A DNA stretch of 64,000 nt from Octopus vulgaris (lineage: Eukaryota). Each line of letters starts with the position of its first letter. Position 1 is the stretch's first letter. Under the pieces are notes generated by a model that was given only the letters and a program-made list of their open reading frames with translations, did not search any database and had not been told where the DNA came from. The stretch is taken from contig OX597826.1 of assembly GCA_951406725.2 (NCBI GenBank), positions 4,464,001-4,528,000 of the forward strand, given 5' to 3'. Both the position numbers and the translations under genes were made by a program. Below, in pieces: positions 13,205-28,248 of the stretch.

Positions 13205-13637
13205 TATATAAGTGTGCGTGCGTGTGTGTGTGTGTGAGAGAGAGAGAGATTTATATACACATTGACATTCATAATGAAGCGCATGTATATCTGTACATAC
13301 CCACAATCTAATGAACATATGCAATGCATGGCTACAGAGACTTGCATTCTGTCTCATACACATACAAACTATGTGGTCTATAAAATGCAATATATGAATA
13401 GGTAAATAATCCCCCATTACTATTTTCAATAGATTGCGCCCTTCTAAGCCCCAGAACTTGGTGCATGCATATATACGCGCAGGCCAACTGACATTCACAC
13501 ATCACGTATACTCACACGAAACAGACGCAACAAAGAAACTGACATGCAAATAATATCAATGCGGACGTGACTTTCTGAAAGTCTATATGCACTCGGTTAT
13601 AAAAATATATGTGCAAATGGACGAAATATCACCGGGG

Positions 13638-13691
<54 letters not shown>

Positions 13692-14189
13692 ATATACATG
13701 CAAATAAATACCCACAAATATGACATTTGTTATGTATATATATATACACCCTGATGTGTATATACGTTTGTATACATGTGTGTGTATTGTGTTCGTTCAT
13801 TCGTTTTTATTTATTAACAAATAAGTGTGTGAATCTGTTTGTATGCGCTTCTGTGTATGTGTGTATATACACGTATATAAATACATATGCATCCGTTCAT
13901 AGAACCTTATATACACACACATATAAATACCGAAACATTCATTCATTCATATATATATATATACATATGTATGTATGTATGTATGTATACACACCTGTAT
14001 ACAATCTTGATCATGCATGCAGACGTACATAATTGCATACATGCATGCGTACACACATACCGCCTATCAACCTAACATACCATAACGCAGGGAAACCTCT
14101 TTTGCGAAGCCATCTATTGCAACTTGTTTGTTCCACCCATAAATTCTGGTGACTCAGCAACGTTGAAAGCAATTTGATGTGAGATCAAC

Positions 14190-14220
<31 letters not shown>

Positions 14221-14296
14221 CGAGCACATTTCTTCTCCTCTACTTGACATTGGCTTTCAATCATGTTTATTTTTTATGTTTTTACTATAGTTGCTG

Positions 14297-14610
14297 CCGT
14301 TGTTTAGCACCAGGTCATCCCTGATTGAGCAAGCCCTATGATCTAATGCTCTGTAGTAATAACCATACACCTTTTACTTTTTCTAGTTTTTCCTTTGTAT
14401 TTTTGTGGATCTTTTTTTGTGATATATCTGTATATCTCTAAGCTTACCTTGTGCAATTTATCTTTGCCTTTAGAAATACTGTATCTAGAACAGCATTAAT
14501 CAATGCGTCTGCAGTTTTAAAATATAAAAGAAAAAACACACGTAAATTCGAGGAAGATTTTTATCCCTGTTCCTAGCACTTTGGGAAAACACGTATAGCA
14601 TCCCTGTTTG
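14297..14610 (+). repeat. Old interspersed repeat family E (related copies near 6415, 6715, 27080, 28345; minus-strand copy ~42200-42400)
   Basis: Recurrent motif GTTTAGC.C.AGGTCA.CC.TGATTGAGCAG..CTATGATC seen at several positions. Confidence 0.5.
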
Positions 14611-15242
14611 GTTTACCTTAGTCATATTTACATCAATACCGACATATAGTTACAATCACATCGCAAACATGGCGTTTAATGGTGTTTTCAACTTGACCAA
14701 TTCTTCTTTTCTGGCATTCACTTACCAGTATAGTCATATATTTTTAAGTCGGTAGGGTGACTGTTACATTTTATTTTTCTGCTATTTCTTACTCCAGCGT
14801 CCTCGAAAAAATCTCTCTTTGGTTCATAAGGATCTCAATTACAATAATAATGATAAAATGCAGTAGAATGGAAAACTTCTTGATATATTAAAGAAAGTAG
14901 CTTAATGCAACCCACGAGCATTATTTTCCTCGTTTTTTTCTTTCCTTTCTCATCTGTTTTCTTTTCTTCATTATCACTTCTTTAACTTTCCTCTAGAATC
15001 TGATGAAAGATTATGTCCGAAACGTTGCACTACGTCTTTTATTCTATAACAGTTTTACTTCATTTAGCGTCAATCTAATAATATTAACTCTGAATTACCC
15101 TTGGATTTTAATGTAATAAATTGTTATATATTTCGGTTCACCAATGGAATCAACGATGGAAAATATTTCAGTACTGATTGTACCATCTTTCACTCAGTCA
15201 TCGTGTATCTATTCACCACTATTAATACATATGCCCTATAAA

Positions 15243-15523
15243 GTCGCCTTTTTCAAGGCTAGCCAGGCTCATGGACCCGCTTTCCCGGTTTCTGTGGCGT
15301 ATGTATTCCCCCAGTTGGACGGGACGCCAGTCCATCCCACCGTTACTCAAGAAACAGGAAGAGAGAGTGAGAGAAAGCTGTGGTAAAAGAGTACAACAGG
15401 GGTCGCCACCACCCTCTGCCGGAGCCTCGTGGAGCTTTTAGATGTTTTCGCTCAATAAACACACACAACACCCGGTCTGGGAATTGAAACCGCGATCCTC
15501 CGACCGCGAGTTCGCTGCCCTAA
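15243..15523 (-). mobile_element. SINE family C variant (tRNA-Arg-like head)
   Basis: Head is the reverse complement of the 23006 copy (CCGCGAGT, GAAACCGCGATCC, GGAGCCTCGTGGAGC); the 3' half differs. Confidence 0.75.
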
Positions 15524-16073
15524 GTGAGTAAAATCTCAGATTTTGGATAAAGTTGGTCAATGTGAATTCAAACGAGTCCAAATGATATATAGTTAAAACA
15601 TACGTCTGTGGCTATTTTCAGATTAGCACTAAAAGAAAAGAAATATGATCAATGGAGTTCCAATTATGAATATACCATCTCGATATCTCATGATGTATCT
15701 TGGAATACTCAAAGCGTTTTCTTTTCTCATATTAAAGACACTACTATTCAATTTAAGGAAGATTTGGCTGTCAAGTGTAGAAGATGGAAGTCGCATGTGC
15801 GTAGGATCTGAATAGTTAGAATAATGTATGGCATGAAAACAAAAAATTGACGACGACGATTAAATGGAATTGTCAGAGCGCCTTATATAGAATACATTGT
15901 GGTGTTTCTCTAGTTCTATGCATTGTGAGTTTCAAATCATCCAGAGTTCAATATTGACTTTCGTCTCGCCGGACTTGATAAATAAAATATCAGCAGAAGA
16001 CTGGTGTAGATTATTCTTTCTTGTTTGTCTCTTTCTCACAACATGTCAGTCTAGCTCTCTCTATATCCCCTTC

Positions 16074-16132
<59 letters not shown>

Positions 16133-16260
16133 TATACGCGCGCACTCACACTCGACATAGGCATGTATGTATTATTTATGCATCCCTGAATGTGTATGCA
16201 TATTCTTCTATCCCCTATAAAATTATCTAACAAAAACACACATAAACCCTTTTACGTGCA

Positions 16261-16314
<54 letters not shown>

Positions 16315-16636
16315 CATATATATATAAATATATATGTATATATCTATCTATCTATCTATCCACAAAAATACTTATGCGCATACATACAGTGTAGTTCAAC
16401 ATACACACAGACGCATTCCTCGCGCACAGATGTCATGGAGATGAAACATTAGTAGACTAAAAACGTTTACAATCCAACTTGTCTGTGATCCTGACAGGCT
16501 GCTGTAGTGTTGTTCCTTAATCAGGAATCCGTTTCAAGAAACAAGCAGATGGTTTTGGTATAAGTTTCCGCTTTCAAATTCAACTGTCTGAAAGTATTAA
16601 ATGTCGCTTTCGTTTATAGTGTACACTCACACAAAT

Positions 16637-16696
<60 letters not shown>

Positions 16697-16910
16697 TGAG
16701 AGGTGCTGAAAGGTTTCTGGCATTAGGTAAAAGAAAGTACAAGAGGCTCAGTTAATTATAATTTTATTCACCATATTTCCCTCTCAGGTTCGCACACTTA
16801 CTGCAGTGGTCCTTCATTTTCTAAGCCCTGTAAAAGAACTCGGAAGGCTGGGCTTCTAACCAGGCCTTTCACAATAACCTTAAAGCCAGAAACTTTTCAG
16901 CAGCCCCTTA
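16697..16910. mobile_element. Mariner-type MITE (~210 bp)
   Basis: Imperfect ~28-bp TIRs GAGAGGTGCTGAAAGGTTTCTGGCATTA / TAAAGCCAGAAACTTTTCAGCAGCCCCT, followed by TA. Confidence 0.75.
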
Positions 16911-17073
16911 TATATGTTTGTGTGGGGTGGAGGGAGGGGTAATAAACCTGACTCCGCTACAGAAGTTAAAGGCTTATGGATATAGGGCATCCATTTACAT
17001 TAGAGGACAAAGAAAAGACAATTCAACAGAAATTAATGTCCTAAAAGCCAAGAAGCTATTTTAAATTTATATT

Positions 17074-17458
17074 AAACTAGAAAAGAACTCGGAGAGCGCT
17101 GTCCTCCGCCAAGCTCATCTTAAGATAGATACGCAAGTGAAATTACTAATAGAGCAACGGAAATGCACTTTGGAGACAGCAACGCCACCGTAGGTTACGT
17201 GGAAACGATGAACATGTTTTCAAGGGAGATAATCAAAAACGTAACACTAATACTTCATGTAAAGTAAATATAACAAATGAAAATTCCTTCCAGAAACCAT
17301 AAAAATTCCCGGATCACTACCTAAATTTCATCATCTGTTTCTTGTGTCATTACCAACTTTTTCAGCAAGTTTCATCAAATACCGTTCACAACTTTTGAGT
17401 TATTTTGCACACAGACGGACGATGGAAATATAACCTCCGTCCTTGGCGGAGGTAATAA
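17074..17458 (-). mobile_element. Helentron-associated (DINE-1/HINE-like) non-autonomous element
   Basis: Subterminal inverted repeats CCTCCGCCAAG (17103-17113) and CTTGGCGGAGG (17442-17452), an internal palindrome at the 5' end, a small stem-loop plus CTAG at the 3' end, and T-rich flanks. Confidence 0.7.
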
Positions 17459-18066
17459 TGTCATCACTATCTCTAAACATCTGATGCAGTGGGTAAGTAC
17501 TTCGCCCACGAAACTTTTCAACAATGTGCAATATATTCAAACTGTAATCAAATACTCGTCATTCCAACTAAATATGTTGAGTACTACATTTTTCGTAGCT
17601 TGACTTCACGCGTATGTTTATAGTGCGCATGCTCATGTATGAGGTTGTTGCGTCTATGTTTATGCGTATGTGAGGAAAGTAAAGTACAGAAGACAATGAA
17701 CCCGTATCACCTTACCAACATCACACTAATCTATACAATTCGCCTGTAAATCAGAGATGTATTATTAATGGCATATATTTAACGGATGTAATTGTTCCAT
17801 TGTATATGGGACTAACAATGTTTCGAGCACTTAGCTACATATACGGAACATATCACTATAGACATATATGCACACACATATAGATATATATATTCATATA
17901 AATACACAGGCATTTAAGTACACACGCAACATATTCACATATACATATGTAATAACGTAAAGAAGACGCATATATAATTTATTGAGGACATTTGGACATA
18001 GATATGTAAGAAAGGTCGCAAGCGTGCGTTCGTATTTATGCGTGCAGATGCTTGAATAGGTGTGTC

Positions 18067-18117
<51 letters not shown>

Positions 18118-18910
18118 CTCTGACGCCACCTCTCTGTCTCTCTTTCTCTTAGCATATTGTCTATCTATATATATATATATATACACCGTGAGAGAGAAAT
18201 TTTCCTACTGAATGATGGAAAAGCAAAATGCTCAATACATGTTATGAATTATGTAGAATGTATGTGTGTGTGTGTGTGTGTGTGTGCGTGTAAACGTATA
18301 TATGTGTGTGAGAGAGAAAGAGGTCAAACGTAAGCACAGGTAATCCATATATTCACTAACTTTTATTTCGTCACTAAAGCTTGATTATTCAAGCCATGTT
18401 TACTCAAGACTTTTTTCTAAGCATCGACGCTCCATCTAAACAGCAGTAACAACTTCTAAGTTTTACTTACAAGAGAAATATTGCATTATGACAAAATGTT
18501 TCTACATATGTTAAATAAATAATCCGAGGTAATATCTCCGTGCAGGCAGTGGAGCAATTCCTTTAAAATTATTTTTAACATAAATAATCATCTAAAGAAA
18601 TTCAATACCATAACACATTGTAAATACCTCTATACAACACAACATTTATAGAAGAACTGCACCAGCCCTTTCTTAATAGTATGTCTCATCTTCTTGTACA
18701 AGAAGCATACAGCACAGATGGATAATTCCTACAAAAATCCTCCTGCTGTGTGTTTTTACTACGCGAGTCTACAGCTAAGATTCTTCATTCATATTTTCGT
18801 CAGTTCAAGAATTTCCTGAAGGAAGGACGACTATTTATCAACGGAGCGAATCATCAACTTCAAACACACACACACAAATATGTGTGTGTGTGTGTGTGTG
18901 TGTGTCTATG

Positions 18911-18943
<33 letters not shown>

Positions 18944-19916
18944 ATGTGTGTATGTGTGTGTGTGTGTGTGTATAAGACAGACTCTGTGGTTAAAAAATAA
19001 ACATCAGAACTGGGCAAACAACTTTCTATCATCCCCATATATTCCGTTGGCCATAAAGAGATATATATTAAAATACCAGGGCGTTCGGTACACAAAACCC
19101 GAAGGTATTAGGATATATATACACATATAAACAAATACACACACACACTTTTTTTCACACACAAACACACACACATATATATATATATAAGACCTTGTAC
19201 ATTCTTTTCAATACGCATATGTATAATTTTTGCGCCGTTTGAACTCAGTTGACGACTACATTCTGTTTTTGAAAAATTTGCTAGAATTGTTAGATAACTT
19301 AACGTTATTAAGCAGTAATTTCTCCGCTCTGTACCTGCTGAGTTCATATCCCGCCAAGGTCAGTTCTGTCTTTCATTCCTCTAGGCTACATTACCTGTCA
19401 TTGCTTTTGACAAGGGTTGTTGGTTTCGACAAGCTTCGTTGGTTTCAACTAATCCTCGCCTTCAGAGATGGCTGGACTTGTGTCTATATAATAAGAATAG
19501 AAAATTCTATTAGTATAACCAGTAGTAGTAGTGGCAGCAGCAACAGTTGTAGAGGAAGCAGCAGCAACGCTTATTTACGTTTCTGTTCGTAATGTGTTTA
19601 ACGATATTGGTGCGTCTGTCGTGAGGGATGATAATGTAATTTTAGTTGATGTTTTTTTCTCTTTTTTGTTGTTGTTTTTTTGTAACAGTTGTAGAGAGAA
19701 GTGCGAAGGCTTGTCAAATCTGATTGATCTGTGCATGTCACGAGGGTACAAAATGAAAGTAAAAAAAAAAGAGATGTCTTCGCACACATTGATAAAAACA
19801 AACAACAGAAAACAACCCTAAAATTCAAAATGGCGTTGACCCACATAACACAACATACCGGTCAGTGACACATTTAATGTGTGTATGTGTGTGCTCGTAT
19901 ACATGTTTGTGTGCGC

Positions 19917-19970
<54 letters not shown>

Positions 19971-19994
19971 GTGTGTATTTGTATATATATATAT

Positions 19995-20029
<35 letters not shown>

Positions 20030-20642
20030 CGTGAGTGTACGTGTAGGTATCTGTGCATACAGGGCTTTGCTTGTGTAGTGGTGCAAACATAATGCAGCCT
20101 ATGAGTGAATAGGTTATGTGGACGTTTAGTGAATATATGTATATTTTATGAGTTACCATATACGTGTGTACCTAAATGTGTGTCTTTGGGTTCATGGCAT
20201 TATACGTACGCAATCGGATGTCTGGCGTGTGTGTGTGTTCATTAGTGCATCTCCGTGTGTATGCCTGCATGTGGTTGCTCGACAATTTGGGGGTTTATTT
20301 GTTGGTATGCATGCCATTACAAGAGCGATATCGCGCATGTTCGGCATGTGTTTTCGTTTATTAAATTATATACAGATGCTTGTGTGCGTATATAATTTCA
20401 TATATGAGTATGAGTCTTACAATTTTTAAAGGTGCCTATGCGCGTGGGTTGTGTATGTTTGTGTGTATAACTGTATCTGTGTATATATTAGTGTATTTGA
20501 CTGCATTTTGTACTCTTATCGTGTTGTTGTATTTGTATGAGATTCATTTGTGTTACACATGCGTATGCATGTATTTCAAAACTACGTTGAAACATTCATT
20601 TATGAGCGAATTTTCACAATGCTCTGGCTACGAAAATCTCAT

Positions 20643-21008
<366 letters not shown>

Positions 21009-21009
21009 G

Positions 21010-21044
<35 letters not shown>

Positions 21045-21057
21045 GTATATATATATG

Positions 21058-21088
<31 letters not shown>

Positions 21089-21089
21089 G

Positions 21090-21147
<58 letters not shown>

Positions 21148-21148
<1 letters not shown>

Positions 21149-21366
21149 TCTTTTTCTTGCTAAGGTCGTTTGACTGCGGCTATGCTGGAGCACCGCCTTT
21201 AGTCGTGCAAATCGACCCCAGGACTTATTCTTTGGAAGCCTAGTACTTATTCTATCGGTCTCTTTTGCCGAACCGCTAGGTTACGGGGACGCAAACACAC
21301 CAGCATCTGTTGTCAAGCGATGTTGAGGTGGGGGGACAAACACAGACACACAAACATATACGCACC

Positions 21367-21412
<46 letters not shown>

Positions 21413-21575
21413 TATACGATGTGCTTATTTCAGTTTCCGTCTACCAAATCCACTCACAAGGCTTTGGTCGGCCCGGGGCTATAGTAGAAGACACTTGCCC
21501 AAGGTGCAACGTCATGGGAATGAACCCGGAACCATGTGGTTAGTAAGCAAGCTACTTACCACACAGCCGCTCCTA
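21148..21575 (-). mobile_element. SINE family A, full length
   Basis: Reverse complement of 12558-12983. Confidence 0.9.
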
Positions 21576-21794
21576 TATGCTTGTTGGATATTTCCTAATG
21601 GCTTAGAAAAGGAAGAGCAGATCCGTGCCTCTTTTTAGGGATTCTGAATGTCTGCTGAAAGGAAAGGGATAAGTTATTATCCATTCACATACCACAGCTT
21701 TTGCCTGATTGCTAGCAACTCAAGGGTCGGTTGTTTGCATTTGTCTATGTATATTTGTGTGTGTGTGTGCGTGTGTGTGTATTGCGATTGTGTG

Positions 21795-21849
<55 letters not shown>

Positions 21850-22078
21850 GAATGTTCATCTGTAAGGTTGAAATTAGATTCCGTGGCTGGGATTCGTTTC
21901 TGAAAACAAACCTATTTTGATGCGTTTTATTATCCGACCTCAAAATTTTCTGGCTTTCCGCCAAACTAACATAGATCAATATCGTGTAAAAACATGTAGA
22001 GTGGGTGGGGGTGGGGGCAGGGTATGGCTTTCCGTGTCATGTTGTGTTTTTGGTCTGTGTGTGCAAGCGCGCGCGTGC

Positions 22079-22130
<52 letters not shown>

Positions 22131-22357
22131 GAAAGAGTGAATGCGTACGTAATGAATGTGAAAGTGCGCCCCTGCGCGTTTGAATAGATGTCACTTTGGA
22201 AATCCGCAAGCGTATGTCTATACATCTGTGGTACTTGGTTATGCATGGCTTGGGACATTACTAAACTTGATACACGCACACACAATACACACACACATAT
22301 ACACACACACAAGCATATACGCACACACATTTATGTGTATGCGTATTTTCGGTCAGC

Positions 22358-22390
<33 letters not shown>

Positions 22391-23005
22391 ACGCATACAC
22401 ATAGTTCCTTTGTATATATACATCAATAAATGTCAAATATATATCGCGCGGTTGGAATAAGAGCTGTGTTTGAATTATTGAGAAAGCAACAACGTATAGA
22501 CTAACTTAAATGGTATTCTGCTTATCTCCAACAGATGGCGATGTTGAATATAGCAGGCTCTTACGGTATTAGCAGGAATAGCTATTTGTGTCCGATTTCA
22601 TAATTATTCCCAGCAACAGACCCATCAATTCACACTTAAACTGATATATACACTACACTTTGATTATATATATATACATACAAACATTATTCGTCCTTAC
22701 AAATGGACGGAATACCGTAGAATGGACGTTATGAATACGGATTGAATTACAATCAATGTTTGTGCGAGGGCGGTGTGTTTGTGTGTGCATGTGAGTAGTT
22801 TCAAATTAATTTAGGATATACGCCATTGATGGATTTCAACTCTGACCCTGTCAATCATATTTTCATGCCTTCACACAACTCTACACGGCTCTCTGATTGT
22901 TCCTGTCATCATTCTCTGTGACTATAAGTATACACGCATATGTGTGTGTGTGTTATACACATTTATACATATACATACGTAAATACGCTTATGTATGCAT
23001 ATATC

Positions 23006-23357
23006 GTGGAAGCGCAATGGCGCAGTGGTTTAGGGCAGTAGACTCGCGGTCGTAGGATTGCAGTTTCGATTCCCAGGCCGGGCGTTGTGAGTGTTTATTT
23101 AGTGAAAACACCCAAAGATCCGAGATTCCGGTAGGAGTGGTGGGGAACTTTTTCTTCCTGTTTCTGTTGTACCTGTATTTCAAAGGGGCCAGGCTTGTCA
23201 AACTCTGTGTCACGCTGAATCTCCCCCGAGAACTACGTTAAGGGTACACGTGTCTGTGGAGTGCTCAGCCACTTACTTGCACGTTAATTTCACGAGCAGG
23301 CTGTTTCATTGACCGGATCAACTGGAACCCTCGTCGTCGTAACCGACGGAGTGCCAC
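23006..23357 (+). mobile_element. SINE family C, full length, tRNA-Arg(TCG)-like head
   Basis: TGGCGCAGTGGTTAGGGCAG (A box), GACTCGCGG anticodon-like loop, GTTTCGATTCC (B box); ends CGTAACCGACGGAGTGCCAC. Confidence 0.85.
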
Positions 23358-23486
23358 GATGCACATATATATATTTAGTTTTAAAATACACTTTTGCAGA
23401 TGCTCTGGGATACATTGTCAGTGATGTTTCTGTGTTTCTGGTGCACCAGGGGAGGTGGGGGCTTAGCTTTTTAAGCAACCGCCCCA

Positions 23487-23785
23487 GCTTGCTTCTCAAC
23501 CATATGGTTCCGGGTTCAGTCTCGCTGCGTAGCACCTTCGGCAAGTGTCTTCTACTACAGCCGAGAGACGACCAAATCTTGTGAGAGGGTTTCATAGACG
23601 GATACTGAAAGATGCCCGTCATATATGCGTGTGTGTTTGTGTGTGTGTGTTTGTGTGCGTGCCTGTGTGTGTTTAGAATAAGTACTAGGTTTAAGAAATA
23701 ATCCCTGGGGTCGATTTTTCGACTAAATTACTTTTCAAGGCGGTGCTCCAGTATGGCCGCAGTCAAATGACTGAAACAAGTAAAA
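23487..23785 (+). mobile_element. SINE family A, internally deleted
   Basis: GGTTCCGGGTTCAGT...GGCAAGTGTCTTCTACTA...GGTGCTCCAGTATGGCCGCAGTCAAATGACTGAAACAAGTAAAA. Confidence 0.85.
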
Positions 23786-24527
23786 GTGTGTGTGTGTGTG
23801 TGTGTTTTGAAGGAAGGAGATAGAGAGAAGCTTTTAGAGGTCATGAGTGTTGGAATATAGATGCTAATATCTGTATTTAAGTTTACATATATCATTTTAC
23901 AAACACATATACAAAGATACGTTAGCATACCTTCGTAGACATATACACAAAATTTGTTACGTTTCATATATACATACTTAAATACGCTCAAAGATATATA
24001 GTTTCCGTCGACAGTCACCTTTTATCTACTTAGTTATACACCCTATTCCTCCACTCTTCACTTTTCTCATTCAAAGTAAAATCGTAATCATTAATTCAAT
24101 CATCCGTTACCTCTCTATCGCTTTCCTTCCCTTTCTTATTCGCCTAATCTCTCTCTATCTTTGCTTTCCTCTTTAATATCACTACTTATCTCCCTTTCTT
24201 TACGCTTCATTTCAACATTTTCTAAACACGTGTACAGCCCCCGACATTGTTTTTCACCTGTATACACATTACCGGGCGCCATCGCCGTCGCTCCAGCCAA
24301 CGTATATATTGTAAATATTAGCATCACAGCCATCATCATCATCAAAGTCATATGTAATAACGATAACTTCATTACTAAATCCCTTAAGAAAACCGCTGCT
24401 ATGACGCCTCTATCCACCTAGCAGTTGCAATCCCATTAATAAACAGACAGGCAGACAGATAGATAGATAGATAAAGAGAGGGAGAGAGAGACAGACAGAC
24501 AGACAGACAAACAGATAGATAGATAAT

Positions 24528-24568
<41 letters not shown>

Positions 24569-27500
24569 GCATTCCTCTTTGTATGTTATATATGCATATA
24601 TATATATATATTGTGTCATATATATACATTATACGTAATACATTACCGATGTATATGTACACACACGTGTGTGTGTACATGTATATATGTGTGTGCGTGT
24701 GTCGAATGTTGATAATATATATACTGTGAGTGTCATATGTGTATTATATGTAATATATTACTGCTATATATACACATATATATACATTGTGTGAGTGTGT
24801 GTGTGTGTATTATGTATGTCTATATGTATTTACCATTATGTATGTGCGTCTCCCGAGTCATAACTCTTACCATCTGTATTAGCTCTACTTCATTCACTCA
24901 TTCATATAAAACAGGCAATGAACGGTGTCTGGAATGATTCCAAAGTTTCTAAATTTCGATAACGTAGTTGATGTCAAAGAGTAATGTTATCGATCACGAC
25001 TGGAAAATAGCGAGGCAGCTGGCCTTTCTTGTTTCTAATTCGCCTGATATGCAAATATATCAAGCCTACTTCATTATAAGCATCAAGGTAGCAAATACAG
25101 GACGTATAAAGAGATAGAGGTGATGAGGAGTTAACGTCCGGTATTAGGAGAACAAGGTTGATAGATGATACACAGATAAAACCGATTGACTGAGATTCAC
25201 ATGATGATTTCAACAAACACAGCTTTAAACAGACCACAACCAATTAATAGGCCAATAGACAATCGTCGAGATCTCATTGTACGTTTTTTTCGTTTGTTGT
25301 TCTTGTTGTTGTTTTTTTTTCCCCCCAACTTCAAGTTCAGCTCTGATCGCGTAGACCATTCATATGAAAACTCTTCACTATTTGATCGTTCTGTAATTTT
25401 TCATGCCAGATATGTTATATCCAGAGCACCGTTTCCCTCTAACAGCAAAGATTAACCGCAGCCCTGCACTATCTTTCGGTGTATAATCTCTGAGGGTCCT
25501 GTGAGTAACAGTAACAACTAGTCAAGTACGCAAAGATGCAAATGTATTTTTTGAGTAATTTATGTATTTATTTCTATATTTACTATTTTATTTGACCCAA
25601 CGTCAAGGTAATGAAATGGCAGCATACTTAAAACGTCTGGAAAATGCTAAGAGGTATTTGTTTTGGATCTTTTCGTTGAATTCTAATCCCCTTATGTCAT
25701 TCTTGCCATTTATCTCTCCAAGTTCAATAACATAAGTACCAATGAAGTGATGGAGTCGATTTAACCGACTAAACACTTCTCCCAAAATCTGAGGCCTTAT
25801 ACCCACACAAAATGTTCTTTGAGCGAGGGATACCTAGCATCTATAGTTAGGTGGTAAGGTATATTTACGAGTAAAATTACTTCATTGGCAATTTGAACGA
25901 AGCCTCCTTTGAAGCGTTCAGTTGTACAATAAATGCCTCCAGTGCATACAAGTGAAGTACAAATATTCCATTTTTAACATGAGCACAAGGCGCTCATTTT
26001 TCGGGAAAATGAACAGACGATTAACATTGGCCCGAAATTCTTACTACTACTAATGTTATTATCACCAAAATGATGAAAAGCAAAGTGAACGGTGGTATGA
26101 TTCGAAATCAGAAAATATAGGATTTATGATATTTAATAGGCCTTATCGATAGTAAGAGCCGGAAGAAAGACAACAGCTATATTTAATGGAATCACGCTAT
26201 ATAATCAATTTAAATCGTTTTGAGTTTTCTTGAAACCACACAATGTCACATTTGGGTTACAAACACATGAGAGAGTATTTAAATACAAGAAATAGCAGTG
26301 AAACGAGCCAATTGAGAAGTCTCTTATTTGTCGCTTAAATGACAGGACATACCCAACCAAATCACGACCTTGAAACCACGTGGGTAACAGATTCAAAATG
26401 TCTTTAAAAATTACAGGATAGGCACGCTTTGAAAAACCAATGATCATTGATCTTCTGGATTAGTATAGACGTTCGACTAAGCACCAACAAAGAACAGTTA
26501 CGACAGAGACAAGAACAGCTACATGGAAAACAGCAGCCGTACCATCAATATGAAATGTTGTGTAATTTAGTGACCTCCATTTTGTTTGCAATGAACTCCG
26601 ATACGAATGTCCTTGTGAATTAATAATGCAAAGAGAAGGAAAAAAATAATTTCAAAATGTAGGTGTGGTGATGATTACATCAGTAATACTGTATTAGATA
26701 TGGTGGAAATATTTACATGATTCATCAGAAGAAAAACACAGCAAATGAAATGCTTTTCACAGTTCAGGTTCTTTCTCATGAATATCATATTCTACGCACA
26801 TTTTCTCTCTCTCTCTCTTTCTCTCTCTCCTCACATTCTCTCTCTCTCTCGCGTTTTCAGCAGTTTTTTTTTTCCATTTCTTGATGCTTTCTTCCGTTTA
26901 TTTTTATTTCTTTTGTTTAGAATACGTGCTATGTGAATTGTTGTTATTTTATTGGGTGGCGATTGTGTTTCATATTTGTTATGCGTGGTTTTTTTTTATA
27001 GGAGTCGGGTGGCGATTATGTAGAATATGTGATGTATTTGTTGTTGCCGTAGTGGTCGTAGTGGTGGAGGTTATCGTTGTTAACTCTTAGCCAAACCTAA
27101 TTGAGAAGATCTATGACCAAAGAGTGTTCCTGCTGTGACAAGCTTAACTCTTATTCATTTATTGTGTCTCTAGGACTGTGTTAATCAGTGTAGCCTTTCT
27201 TTTTTATGACCATTGGTGGACGAATTGGCTGCTATTTTAGAAGGTTTAGTAAACACATAAAGAAATATTAGCTGCATTATAGCATCACCTCGTCGTGGGT
27301 GTATATCTATGAATTAGTGTTTGCGTGTCCGTGAGTGTTTGTTTCACAATGCTTGACAATCAGTGTGGATTTCTTTATGTACACATAACCTAGAGGTTCA
27401 GTATAAAAAAATATTCTTGTGCAAGTACAGACCCAAAATAAATATTGGAGGTCACAGTTTATGTGTGTGTTCATGTCTGTCTTTACGTTGAAAAACGAGA

Positions 27501-27860
27501 AGGCGATGTCGTTTTTTTTTAAGTTCCTCGCCTTTACAGCGCAACAAATAGAAATCATTAATTTAAGTCCTATTCTTTAAAACCAATTACTAGGAGATGA
27601 TACGGTCGTCTAAAATATATCCCTTGAAAGCGGTCCAATTAACCATGACCGAAGTTCAATCAAAGAAACAAGGAGTAAAATAGGGAACATCAAGTCTGTG
27701 ATGGAATGGGCGAAGTGTCACACCATTTGCTTCATTTAGCTTCTGAAATCAAATCCTGCATTATGCCGAGAATTAAATCTCCGCTCCGCTCCTCTGTGAT
27801 ATGGAAAAATAAGATAACAAAGAAGTATTGGTATTCACTATTAACTGACGAATAAAAGAA

Positions 27861-27935
<75 letters not shown>

Positions 27936-28144
27936 TATAGATAGATAGATAAAACGTGAGGAGTACGATAGGCATTTGATGTGTGTCACAATAATATGAT
28001 TAAGTGTTTCTCTGAAGGATTATTGTAGATCTGCTCCATGTGCTCAATGAACACCCACTGCAGAGGATGCCAATAACCACAATGGCGAAATGTGCGTAGT
28101 GAACAAAATGGTCTCAACTACATTTTGTGCGTATTATGCTTTAA

Positions 28145-28248
<104 letters not shown>

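Noticed and set aside
23006-23085. tRNA-Arg gene
   Set aside because: It continues directly into a SINE body with related copies in the window, so it is a SINE head.
26200-26560. Possible Gypsy gag-like remnant on the plus strand
   Set aside because: Only a vague resemblance with many stops; cannot be supported without a profile search.
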